32,000 bases of DNA from Candidatus Electronema halotolerans (GTDB lineage Bacteria; Desulfobacterota; Desulfobulbia; Desulfobulbales; Desulfobulbaceae), in assembly GCA_942493095.1 (NCBI GenBank), contig OW818675.1, positions 2,430,001-2,462,000 of the forward strand, read 5' to 3'. The notes beneath the pieces were generated by a model. That model was not told the origin of the DNA. It did no database searches and saw only the letters and a list, made by a program, of their open reading frames with translations. A program made the position numbers and the translations under genes. Of the stretch, positions 1 to 8,358 are shown piece after piece (the first letter of the stretch is position 1; every line of letters starts with the position of its first letter).

Positions 1-29
1 CAGTAAAATCAATCAGCAGAGCAGAAACA

Positions 30-1055
30 ATGAAAAAGCAGATTCCGGTTGCGCAGGCAGTGGGCATGGTCCTGCCCCATGACATCACCGAAATTGTGCC
101 GGGCCAACGCAAAGGCCCGGCCTTTAAGAAAGGACATATTATCCGCCCAGAGGACGTTGAACATCTGCGGCGGCTGGGCAAGGAGCATGTTTATGTTCTT
201 GCATTAGCTGAGGGTGAAATTCATGAAAACGAGGCCGCCCTGCTGCTGGCCGCTGCTCTCAGCGGCAGAGGAACCGAATATGACGACGAGGTGAGCGAGG
301 GCAAGGTCAGCATCCGGGCCGCGCATGATGGCCTGCTCAAGATCAACAAGGAACAGCTTTTCCGCTTCAACCTGCTCGGCGAAGTGATGTGCGCCACCCT
401 GCACGACAATATGCCGGTGAAGCAGGGCGGCGTGGTTGCCGCGACCCGCCTGATTCCGCTGGTGGGTGAACGTACGCTGGTCATGGAGGCGGCAGCCTTG
501 GCTGAGGCCGGGGAAAAAATTGTCCAAGTGCTGCCCTTGGCCAAGGTCAAGGCGGGCTTGGTCATCACCGGCAGCGAGGTTTTTTACGGCAGGATTGAGG
601 ACAGATTTGAGACTGTGCTGCGCGGCAAGGTGGCTGCGCTCGGCTCGGAAGTGGTGCGGGTCGGCTTTGCCCCGGACGACGCGGCCCTGATTGCAGCGGA
701 AATACAGCTCTGTCTCGAAGCGGGCGCGGAGCTGATCATCACCTCCGGCGGCATGTCGGTTGACCCGGACGATGTGACCCGCGCAGGCATCCGCAAGGCG
801 GGCGCGGAGGACATTGTCTATGGCACGCCCGTGCTGCCGGGAGCCATGTTTTTGGTTGGCAGAATCGGCCAAGCAGCAGTGGTCGGCCTGCCTGCCTGCG
901 GCATGTTCCACAAAATCACGGTCTTTGATCTGGTCTTGCCGCGCCTGTTGGCCGGAGAAGGCCTCAGCCGGGAGGATTTCGCGGCTATGGGGCATGGCGG
1001 CCTCTGCCGGAACTGCGCCATCTGTCATCATCCGGTTTGCAGCTTCGGAAAATAG
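30..1055 (+). CDS. Molybdopterin-binding protein (MoeA N-terminal / MoCF-biosynthesis type), 341 aa
   Basis: Complete ATG ORF. The ITSGGMSVDPDD motif and surrounding region resemble the MoCF_biosynth/MoeA fold. The C-terminus is Cys-rich (CRNCAICHHPVC). The overlapping antisense ORFs look like GC artefacts. Confidence 0.7.
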   Translation: MKKQIPVAQAVGMVLPHDITEIVPGQRKGPAFKKGHIIRPEDVEHLRRLGKEHVYVLALAEGEIHENEAALLLAAALSGRGTEYDDEVSEGKVSIRAAHDGLLKINKEQLFRFNLLGEVMCATLHDNMPVKQGGVVAATRLIPLVGERTLVMEAAALAEAGEKIVQVLPLAKVKAGLVITGSEVFYGRIEDRFETVLRGKVAALGSEVVRVGFAPDDAALIAAEIQLCLEAGAELIITSGGMSVDPDDVTRAGIRKAGAEDIVYGTPVLPGAMFLVGRIGQAAVVGLPACGMFHKITVFDLVLPRLLAGEGLSREDFAAMGHGGLCRNCAICHHPVCSFGK

Positions 1056-1078
1056 GCCGCCGTGGCAATATATTGAAT

Positions 1079-2359
1079 TTACTCAGTCACCTTGACCGCT
1101 TCAGCCAGCCTGCTGTATTCCAGCGCGAACGCGGGCCGTGTCTGAATCCAGTCAAGCAGCTCGTGCCGCTGCTGCATTTTATCCTTACCATCCATCACTT
1201 TTTCGCAATGTAAAAAACAAGGGAGGCAGGGGACGGAGCATCTGAGCGTATCTTCTGAGCAGCCTGAGTCCTCTTTTGAAATAAGAACAGACACTTCTCC
1301 AAGTTTTTCTGACGACTGGCGGCAGCTCATGCTGTTCCGCATCCTTGTCGGCAACGTCGTCAAATCCGAAATTTTCAGTTTTTTTTCTCTTGGAAGCGGG
1401 TTCCGCATCCTGTCGCGGAGTCCGGCGAGTACGCACCAGTGCATGGCGACCGAGAGGATCAGCATCAGTCTGGCGATTCTGTCGGCGCGCTCCAGTTTTG
1501 TGTCCTCCAGACCGAACCCCCTGGTTTTGAAATCGCTGAACATGGCCTCGCATCCCCAGCGCATGCCGTAATCAAGTGTTTTATAATAATTTGGCTCAGT
1601 TCCTCCGACTGCCAGCAGCCAAGGCTCATCATGTCCCGGCTCCTGGAGAATGCTTAAATTTGTCTGAACCCGCTGTTCTGTCAGATAAATATTTTTCATA
1701 AGCAGTTCCTTGCGACCTTTCTTTTCAGCAGGAACAAGGTCCGCAAGAGATGTCTCATCGCCGTCCTCATTGAAAACTTTAAGATTTTCCTTGAGGCGGA
1801 GCCGATAATCCCAGCCGCTGCGGTGGCAGAATGCAATCAGCGGCGCTTGACCGTAAAAACGGTCGCCGAGCAGCAGCACTCTGCTGCCCTCTGGAAGGAA
1901 TGATTTTATTTTTTCAAGAAGTTCCATGCAGATATCCGAGCCGATATTGCCCTGTCCTTTTCGGACCCGCCATAGCAGAGGCAGGGCCCGACCGCCGAAG
2001 CGCAATGACAGCGAAAGAATGCCGAAACGGTCGGATAGCTGCGTCTGGTCAATGCACAGAATCAGCGTTTCTCCCGAAGCGGAGGCCGTCTCCAATGCCT
2101 GACGGATGAAAGGCCGCATCACATCATCATTGTCGATTGAGTCTGTGCTCAGGAAACGGCTTAACCACTGATATCGCATGTCAATCCGTTCTGTTTCCAG
2201 CGGAAGGACAGCCGCCATGTCCATAGTATTGCAACTCTGAACTTCCAAAACCGCCGCCGCGCACAAGCTTAACTTGCGCAGAGGATTCCTGTTAATTCCG
2301 GGCAAAACGTCCCGCAGGCCGGACGAGATTTCCTCTGCCAGATGACTGATCGTGCTCAT
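1079..2359 (-). CDS. IS4-family DDE transposase (426-aa ORF; the last ~35 codons lie outside the IS)
   Basis: DDE candidates are LILCIDQTQL, LLLGDRFYG and the motif YGMRWGCEAMFSDFK. That motif fits the IS4 signature Y-x2-R-x3-E-x6-K. There is no stop codon inside the element, so the frame runs through the IR (encoding EKVMDGK) into flanking DNA and stops at 1079-1081. Confidence 0.85.
   Translation of the reverse strand: MSTISHLAEEISSGLRDVLPGINRNPLRKLSLCAAAVLEVQSCNTMDMAAVLPLETERIDMRYQWLSRFLSTDSIDNDDVMRPFIRQALETASASGETLILCIDQTQLSDRFGILSLSLRFGGRALPLLWRVRKGQGNIGSDICMELLEKIKSFLPEGSRVLLLGDRFYGQAPLIAFCHRSGWDYRLRLKENLKVFNEDGDETSLADLVPAEKKGRKELLMKNIYLTEQRVQTNLSILQEPGHDEPWLLAVGGTEPNYYKTLDYGMRWGCEAMFSDFKTRGFGLEDTKLERADRIARLMLILSVAMHWCVLAGLRDRMRNPLPREKKLKISDLTTLPTRMRNSMSCRQSSEKLGEVSVLISKEDSGCSEDTLRCSVPCLPCFLHCEKVMDGKDKMQQRHELLDWIQTRPAFALEYSRLAEAVKVTE
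1183..1202. repeat. IS terminal inverted repeat (transposase-distal end)
   Basis: CCTTACCATCCATCACTTTT is the exact reverse complement of 2429-2448. Confidence 0.9.
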
Positions 2360-2428
2360 ATTTCACAGAGTTTGAATAAACGAATTGTTTTTTCAATCTT
2401 TTTACTCCGGCGTTCAAGCTCTGTCAAG

Positions 2429-2448
2429 AAAAGTGATGGATGGTAAGG
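2429..2448. repeat. IS terminal inverted repeat (transposase-proximal end)
   Basis: AAAAGTGATGGATGGTAAGG is the exact reverse complement of 1183-1202. Confidence 0.9.
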
Positions 2449-2626
2449 CATTTTATCCAAGTTGGATATCAAGCTGACTTCTGATAAATTCGACTTCGAT
2501 TATGAAGAACTGCTGCATACTGCGGGTGCGCTCACATAATCATGAGTGAAATTTACCGAACCATTGAAGTAAAAAGATGGAACAGCAGGAAAAAATTGGC
2601 TGAACAGAAGGTCAGTCGGGGAGAGG

Positions 2627-4495
2627 TCACTTGAAGAAGCGATTGTGCCAGATGGCGATGTTGATCAGTGCCCAGAGGATGTGATTATGGTTGTGCTTGA
2701 GGCTGCAATGCTCCTCAATGAGCTGGTTGATATACGCAAGATTCATATTCTCCCTGAGCACGGCTGAGTCATTGAGCAGCTCGATCATGTACTGCTTCAG
2801 CTCGCCGCGCAGGAGATGCTTGACCGGCAGACTGTAGCCCTGCTTGCCCCGATGGACGATCTTGTCCGGCAGCAGGCCCTCCAAAGCCGCCCGAAAGATG
2901 TGCTTGGTGGTCATGCCCTTGAGCTTCCAGTCGCCGGGCAGCGAGGCCATGAACTCCACCAGCACGTGATCAAGGAGCGGCACCCGGATTTCCAGCGAGC
3001 TGGCCATGGACATCCGATCCACCTTCATCAGCACTGAGTCCGTCATCATGAAACGGGTATCCAAGTAGATTTCCCGGTTGACCTGATCGTTGCCCGCATC
3101 ACAGCGGGTATTGTGTTCACGCACGAGCCGGAACGGGTCAGCCGTGATGCTGTTACGGAACGCTCTGCTGAACAGCTTCTCCTCCAGCATGGTGTTGAGG
3201 AAATACTGCCAGCGCAGGTGCTGGCCTGCCGGATCAAGGTTTGCGCCCTCAATGAAGCGCTTGAGCATGTTGACCGCCCCTTTCTTTTGCGGCTGATCCG
3301 GCATCAGGGCAGCCATTCTGCCGATGAGCTGTTTGCGCACTGCACCCGGCAGCAGGCTGAACCACCGGCTCATCCGGCTGGCCTTGAAGCGGTCATAGCC
3401 AGCAAAGCTCTCGTCCGCACCTTCACCGGAAAGGCAGACTGTCACCTGTTCCCTTGCCTGCTTGCAGAGCAAGTAGAGCGGCACGGTTGACAGGTCAGTC
3501 ATCGGCTCATCCAAGTGCCAGAGCGTCTTTTCCACGTAGTCCGGCTTGAGGGAATCAAGCAGCAGCACTTGATGGTCGGTCTGGCAGTGGTCAGCGACAA
3601 TCTGAGCATAGTCCAGCTCGCTGTAGGACTTGTCCTCATAACCGATGGTGAAGGTCTTGAACGAGCCGCTGATGTGCTTGCGCATCAGAGCAACGATGCA
3701 GCTCGAATCTAAGCCGCCGGAGAGAAAGACCCCCAGCGGCACGTCACTGACCAAGTGACTAGTAACAGCTTGATCAAGCAGCTCCCGCATCCGTTCCACT
3801 GCCTCGGCAAAGGAGAGATTATTCCTGCCCGGATGAAATTTCAAATCCCAATACTGATGCTGGCGAATTTGCTGATTCTCCAAGACTAAGAAATGCCCGG
3901 CAGGCAGCTTATGGATGCCTGCAAACATGGTTTCCGGCGACGGGACAAACTCAAAGCCAAGGTAGTCATACATGGCTTGGTGATTGACCCGTCGCTCGAC
4001 TTGCGGGTCAGCGAGAATGGCTTTGATCTCCGAAGCAAAGCGGAGCTGGCCGTTCTGCCAGGTGTAGTAGAGCGGCTTGATGCCGATGCGGTCGCGGGCC
4101 AGCAGCAGCCGCTTCCGCTTCTGATCATACATGGCAAAGGCGAACATGCCGCGCAGCCGGTGGACGCAGCTGTCACCCCATTCCTCATAGGCATGGATGA
4201 TGACTTCAGAGTCGGCATGACTGCGGAAGACATGGCCTTTCTGCTCCAGCAGGGGCCGCAGCTCCTGGAAGTTGTAGATTTCCCCGTTGAACACAAGGCA
4301 GACGGTTTTGTCCTCATTGAACATCGGCTGGCGGCCATGCTCGCTCAGGTCGATGATCGAGAGCCGCCGGAAGCCGAGCGACATCTCCTCACAGCAGAAG
4401 CTGCCCTTCTGGTTCGGCCCCCGATGCTCAAGGGTGTCGGCCATTGCCTTGATCAAGGCTTCATCGTTCCAGTTGAAACCGCAGATGCCGCACAT
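2627..4495 (-). CDS. asnB: Asparagine synthase (glutamine-hydrolysing), 622 aa
   Basis: The N-terminal MCGICGF provides the Ntn amidotransferase Cys2 nucleophile. The PP-loop SGGLDSS is present, and the length is typical of AsnB-type enzymes. Confidence 0.9.
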   Translation of the reverse strand: MCGICGFNWNDEALIKAMADTLEHRGPNQKGSFCCEEMSLGFRRLSIIDLSEHGRQPMFNEDKTVCLVFNGEIYNFQELRPLLEQKGHVFRSHADSEVIIHAYEEWGDSCVHRLRGMFAFAMYDQKRKRLLLARDRIGIKPLYYTWQNGQLRFASEIKAILADPQVERRVNHQAMYDYLGFEFVPSPETMFAGIHKLPAGHFLVLENQQIRQHQYWDLKFHPGRNNLSFAEAVERMRELLDQAVTSHLVSDVPLGVFLSGGLDSSCIVALMRKHISGSFKTFTIGYEDKSYSELDYAQIVADHCQTDHQVLLLDSLKPDYVEKTLWHLDEPMTDLSTVPLYLLCKQAREQVTVCLSGEGADESFAGYDRFKASRMSRWFSLLPGAVRKQLIGRMAALMPDQPQKKGAVNMLKRFIEGANLDPAGQHLRWQYFLNTMLEEKLFSRAFRNSITADPFRLVREHNTRCDAGNDQVNREIYLDTRFMMTDSVLMKVDRMSMASSLEIRVPLLDHVLVEFMASLPGDWKLKGMTTKHIFRAALEGLLPDKIVHRGKQGYSLPVKHLLRGELKQYMIELLNDSAVLRENMNLAYINQLIEEHCSLKHNHNHILWALINIAIWHNRFFK

Positions 4496-4684
4496 GGTTC
4501 AGTTGCTCTTGTTGAGAGTTGCGACTTCCCGGCTTTGCCGAGAGTTGCCGGGTTGAAAAAAGAGTGAGTTGCAGCAGCAATGTAACCAAATTTACGCTTT
4601 CAAGCAAGCAGATGCTTTTCCGCTCTCCTCATTGATTCTCCCAAGCTCGAAACAGCAGTCTGTTTTTTTTGCTGAGGCAGCGGC

Positions 4685-4715
4685 GCAGGCGGATGGCACT
4701 GTGCCATCCGCCTGC
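4685..4715. repeat. 31-nt perfect palindrome (15-bp arms around a single central T)
   Basis: GCAGGCGGATGGCAC-T-GTGCCATCCGCCTGC, preceded by AAACAG-CAGT-CTGTTT plus a T8 run at 4651-4670. It lies in the divergent region between asnB and the methyltransferase remnant. Confidence 0.9.
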
Positions 4716-5289
4716 AATTAAGCCTCACTGGATTATTTGTAATTTTGATGATATATGCTGCAATATGGTGACGATTTTTTCTGTGGATGTCACTGTTGGA
4801 CAAAATCTGTTCGTATTTTTTTGTTGACATGCTTTCCTGACGGCTGATATCAACGAGGAAGCCCGCACTGCCTGCGAACGTGACCGGCCCGGCATCTATG
4901 ATGCCTATTATGTTCTTGATTTCTCGAAGCTGGAAGAAAATGTCCGTCAGGAACTGGCAGCGTGGCAGATTGATTGCCTTTCATGCGTGGCCGCACTTGG
5001 CTTCGGCGATATTCCGGCAAAAGCATTTGCCAATGCCTTTAATCTGGTTGCTCAATCCGGCTGGATCGCCTTCAACATCAAGGACACATTCCTGCTTGAG
5101 AGCGACAAATCAGGTCTCTCCAGCCTTATTAAGGCACTGCTCACCAGAGACACCTTGGAACTGCACCATTTGGAACGATACAGACATCGCATTTCCATCG
5201 ATGGTCGTTCCTTATTCTATTACACTGTCGTGGGGAGGAAAAAGACAGATATTCCTGACGCTATCATGAGTGATCTGGATCAGCTCTGA
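4693..5289 (+). pseudogene. Class I SAM-dependent methyltransferase-like gene, interrupted by an in-frame TGA (4825-4827) or 5'-truncated
   Basis: Frame 1 is open from 4636 to 5289 except for TGA at 4825-4827. Downstream of the stop it reads HAFLTADINEEARTACERDRPGIYDAYYVLDF...ALGFGDIP..., which looks like methyltransferase post-motif-I to C-terminus. Upstream of the stop it reads FSVDVTVGQNL where motif I (xLDxGxGxG) would be expected, so that motif is degenerate. There is no good start codon after the stop until GTG 4987. The 5' part is AT-rich. Confidence 0.45.
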
Positions 5290-5412
5290 ATGGCCCATGA
5301 GAGACGGCTGTCAATTATTGATCACTGCACTCAGCTGCATTTCTCTGCGCTCTGTTTGAAAAATAGGAATGCTTCAGCCCGGAGAAAGGCTCCGGGATGA
5401 TGCTGACAGAAC

Positions 5413-6477
5413 TCACTCTCCGTCTATCTCCGGCAGAGGGAAGAGATTCTTGTTGATCGCCTTTTCGCGGGCGGCGGCAACTGTGATCTTGTCCTCTTCA
5501 ATCATCTTTTGCAGGCACTGATCCATAGTCTGCATTCCTTGCGTCGTGCCGGTCTGAATCATCGACTCAATTTGATTGATCTTGCCTTCGCGGATGATGC
5601 TGGCCAACGCATTGGAGCCAAAGAGGATTTCCAAAGCGGCGCAGCGGCCCTTGCCGTCCTTGGTCTTGAGGAGCTGCTGGGCAATGACCGCCTTGAGCGA
5701 GTCAGCCAGCATGGTCCGGGTCTGAGCCTGCTCCTCAGCAGGAAAGGCGTTGATGATCCGGTCAATGGTCTTGGCCGCGCTGTTGGTGTGCAGGGTGCCG
5801 AAAACGAGAATGCCCAGCTCGGCGCAGGTCAGGGCGGCGGAGATGGTTTCCAAGTCGCGCATCTCGCCAACCAAGATCACATCCGGGTTTTCCCGGTTGG
5901 CAACCGACAAGGCCTTGGCAAAGCTCTTGGCATGACTGCCGATTTCCCGCTGTGAGAAAATGCACTGCTTGTTGGGATGAACAAACTCCAGCGGGTCTTC
6001 AATGGTGATGATGTGCTTGGGATGCTTATTGTTGATCAGATCAATGATCGCGGCCATAGTGGTTGACTTGCCGCTGCCGGTCGGGCCAGTGACCAACACC
6101 ATGCCCCGCACATAGTCGGCAACTCCGCGCACTGCGTCCGGCAGGCCGAGCTGATCCACTGTAAGTATTTTGCTGGGAATAATCCGAAACACCGCCCCAA
6201 TGCCCCGGTGCTGATAAAGGAAATTGCAGCGAAAGCGGCCCACGCCGTCCAAGGCGTAGGCTTTGTCAAAATCCCGGTTCTTCTCGATAATGGCCTGCTG
6301 ATCCGGGTCAAGGATTTCAAAAAGAATTTTCTTGTTGCTCTCCGGGGTGAGGACTGGCTCGTCCAGCGGCACCAGTTCGCCGCGCAGACGCAGCAGGGGC
6401 GGAAAGCCGATCACCATGTGCAGGTCGCTGGCCCCGCGTTCTTTCATCTCTTTGAAATACGAATCAATATGTGGCAT
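5413..6477 (-). CDS. pilT: Type IV pilus retraction ATPase PilT, 354 aa
   Basis: Walker A GPTGSGKST is present. The N-terminus (ERGASDLHM...PLLRLRGEL) and length are PilT-type. A good SD (AAGGAGAGAG) lies upstream. Confidence 0.9.
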   Translation of the reverse strand: MPHIDSYFKEMKERGASDLHMVIGFPPLLRLRGELVPLDEPVLTPESNKKILFEILDPDQQAIIEKNRDFDKAYALDGVGRFRCNFLYQHRGIGAVFRIIPSKILTVDQLGLPDAVRGVADYVRGMVLVTGPTGSGKSTTMAAIIDLINNKHPKHIITIEDPLEFVHPNKQCIFSQREIGSHAKSFAKALSVANRENPDVILVGEMRDLETISAALTCAELGILVFGTLHTNSAAKTIDRIINAFPAEEQAQTRTMLADSLKAVIAQQLLKTKDGKGRCAALEILFGSNALASIIREGKINQIESMIQTGTTQGMQTMDQCLQKMIEEDKITVAAAREKAINKNLFPLPEIDGE

Positions 6478-6564
6478 ACTCTCTCCTTTGGCCCAGACTT
6501 TGGCTTTTCCGGCAGCGGATGATGGGAAGCGGATTTTTGACTCTTCTTTTTGTCTTACATCTTC

Positions 6565-8349
6565 TCAGGCAGGAAACAAAGCAAAATGTGGATGTTCCTG
6601 ATTCTCCGCCCCGCAGACCCCGCAGCGGCGGCAGCGTGAGGTCTCGCAGGGAGAGGTTCCTTCCGCCCGCAAGGCCTTGTCCAATTCATGGTGCAGATAT
6701 GCCTTGTTGATGCCCTGATCAAGCACGTCCCAGCAGAACAGCTCGTCCGCCGTTCTGGGCCGCACTGCATAGTGCCACGCGCTGAGGCCGTGCGCCTTCA
6801 TGGCCTGCTTGAAAGAATATTTTCCTGTGCCAATGTCCAAGAGCAGCGGCGCAATGCGGCGGTCAGCACGGGCAAACACCGCCTGCATCAGGACCGTGTC
6901 AGGCCGGTCTGCCCGGAGATGAAGGTTGTCCACATCAGCCAGCGCATTCTTCAGATACTTGATGCTTTGGTTCAGGCGCAGGAGGGCGGTCTTTTCGCTT
7001 TGCTCGCGCAGAGCCTCCTCCTCAGTCAGGCCGCCAAAGGACAGATACTGAAACGGTGTCCACGGCTTGGGGACAAAACTGTTGACTGAGAGCAGCAGTT
7101 CGCAAAGCCGTCCTTTTGCCCGACCAATGGGCAGAATGCGCTCCCGGATTTTCCGCACAAGCTGGACAAATTCATCCAGATCAGCACGGGTCTCGGTGGG
7201 CAGGCCGATCATGACATAGAGCTTGAGAGTGAAAATGCCTGCCTCAGTCAGGGCGGCGGCGGCATGCAGCAGGTCTTGTTCGGCCAAGCCTTTGTTGATC
7301 ACTTGGCGGAGCCGCTGCGAGCAGCCGTCCGGGGCTATGGCCACTGATTTCAGCTCGGAGCGGGCAAGCAGATCGAGCAGGCGTGGGGAAATGCGGTCAG
7401 CGCGGAGGGAGGAGAAAGATAAGGCGCAGCCGGTCTGGCTGAGAAAGGCGGCAATCTGCTCCAGCGTCTCTGGCGCGGCCATCTCCATGCCCAAGAGACC
7501 AGCCCGCTTCATCTCAGCAGGCCGCTGGGCCAGACCCGCGAGCACAGCATCTGCGTCCCAGAGGCGGGGCGGACGGTAGATGAATCCGGCTGCGCAAAAG
7601 CGGCAGCCCCGGCTGCAACCCCGGCCCAGCTCGGTCATGTGCATGTTGAGTTCCGCCTCTGGCGAATAGAGCGCGGAATGGGCCGCCTGACCGTTGGTCT
7701 GGACAAGGGCACGGCGCACCCGCTGCGGCAGCCCCGGCGCGGCAGTGATTGCCAGCAGCCTGCCGTCGTCATCATAACGAAAACTGTAGCCGCTCGGCAC
7801 ATAACATCCCGGAATGGTTGCCCCGATGCGGTGGAGCAGCTCCTGCCGGTCAATGTTTTCCGCCGCTGCCAGCAATTCAGGCAGCAGAGACGGCAGCACC
7901 GCCTCGGCCTCGCCAATCACCATCAGATCAGCAAAAGAGGCCAACGGCTCCGGGTTCATGAACACCGCTGCCCCGCCGAGAATGACCAAAGGACGACCCG
8001 GAGCTGCCGGGCCGTTGCGCTCGGCAGTGCATGGCGGCACCTGTCCGGCAGCCAGCATGGCCGCCAGTCGGGGATAATCCTGCTCAAAACTGATCGAGGC
8101 GAAGATCAGGGGGAAGTCAGCAAGAGGCCGGTCTGATTCGAGCGAGCGGAACCGCTCCTGGTGGCCCTGCGGATAGACAAAGCGTTCGCAGACGATTTCC
8201 TCCCAGTTGTTCAGCAGGCGGTAAACAAGCTGAAAACCGAGATTGGAGACTGCCAAGGGGTAGGTGTTGGGATAGAGCAGGGCCGCAGGCAGGCGGCCCT
8301 TCCATTTTTTGCGGACTGTGCCGGTCTCCGCAGCAAGCAGGGGGTGCAA
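6565..8349 (-). CDS. B12-binding-domain radical SAM protein (uncharacterised TIGR03960-like family), 594 aa
   Basis: The CxxxCxxC cluster motif is present (CSRGCRFCAAG). The N-terminal region is typical of B12-binding radical SAM enzymes. The apparent TTG start lies 9 nt downstream of the ftsZ stop. Confidence 0.8.
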   Translation of the reverse strand: MHPLLAAETGTVRKKWKGRLPAALLYPNTYPLAVSNLGFQLVYRLLNNWEEIVCERFVYPQGHQERFRSLESDRPLADFPLIFASISFEQDYPRLAAMLAAGQVPPCTAERNGPAAPGRPLVILGGAAVFMNPEPLASFADLMVIGEAEAVLPSLLPELLAAAENIDRQELLHRIGATIPGCYVPSGYSFRYDDDGRLLAITAAPGLPQRVRRALVQTNGQAAHSALYSPEAELNMHMTELGRGCSRGCRFCAAGFIYRPPRLWDADAVLAGLAQRPAEMKRAGLLGMEMAAPETLEQIAAFLSQTGCALSFSSLRADRISPRLLDLLARSELKSVAIAPDGCSQRLRQVINKGLAEQDLLHAAAALTEAGIFTLKLYVMIGLPTETRADLDEFVQLVRKIRERILPIGRAKGRLCELLLSVNSFVPKPWTPFQYLSFGGLTEEEALREQSEKTALLRLNQSIKYLKNALADVDNLHLRADRPDTVLMQAVFARADRRIAPLLLDIGTGKYSFKQAMKAHGLSAWHYAVRPRTADELFCWDVLDQGINKAYLHHELDKALRAEGTSPCETSRCRRCGVCGAENQEHPHFALFPA

Positions 8350-8358
8350 GACCTGGAG

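Larger units (their letters stand above)
1183..2448 (-). mobile_element. IS4-family insertion sequence (~1.27 kb), apparently intact, with a target-site duplication
   Basis: Perfect 20-bp terminal inverted repeats (CCTTACCATCCATCACTTTT at 1183-1202; reverse complement at 2429-2448). They are flanked by the direct repeat CATTTTAT (1175-1182 and 2449-2456). If the CC/GG dinucleotides are assigned to the flank instead, the TSD reads as 11 bp, GCATTTTATCC. The element holds a single DDE transposase ORF. Confidence 0.85.

Noticed and set aside
4825-4827. In-frame TGA of the methyltransferase as a selenocysteine codon.
   Set aside because: I could see no convincing SECIS-like stem-loop immediately downstream. 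The flanking N-terminal motif is degenerate, which favours pseudogenisation. The position does not correspond to a catalytic Cys that I know of.
4600-5269. Track ORFs 4600-4830 (minus strand, 76 aa) and 4880-5269 (plus strand, 129 aa).
   Set aside because: The first lies in AT-rich intergenic DNA, has no SD and gives an implausible sequence. The second is an alternative frame of the methyltransferase-like frame, which has the better family resemblance.
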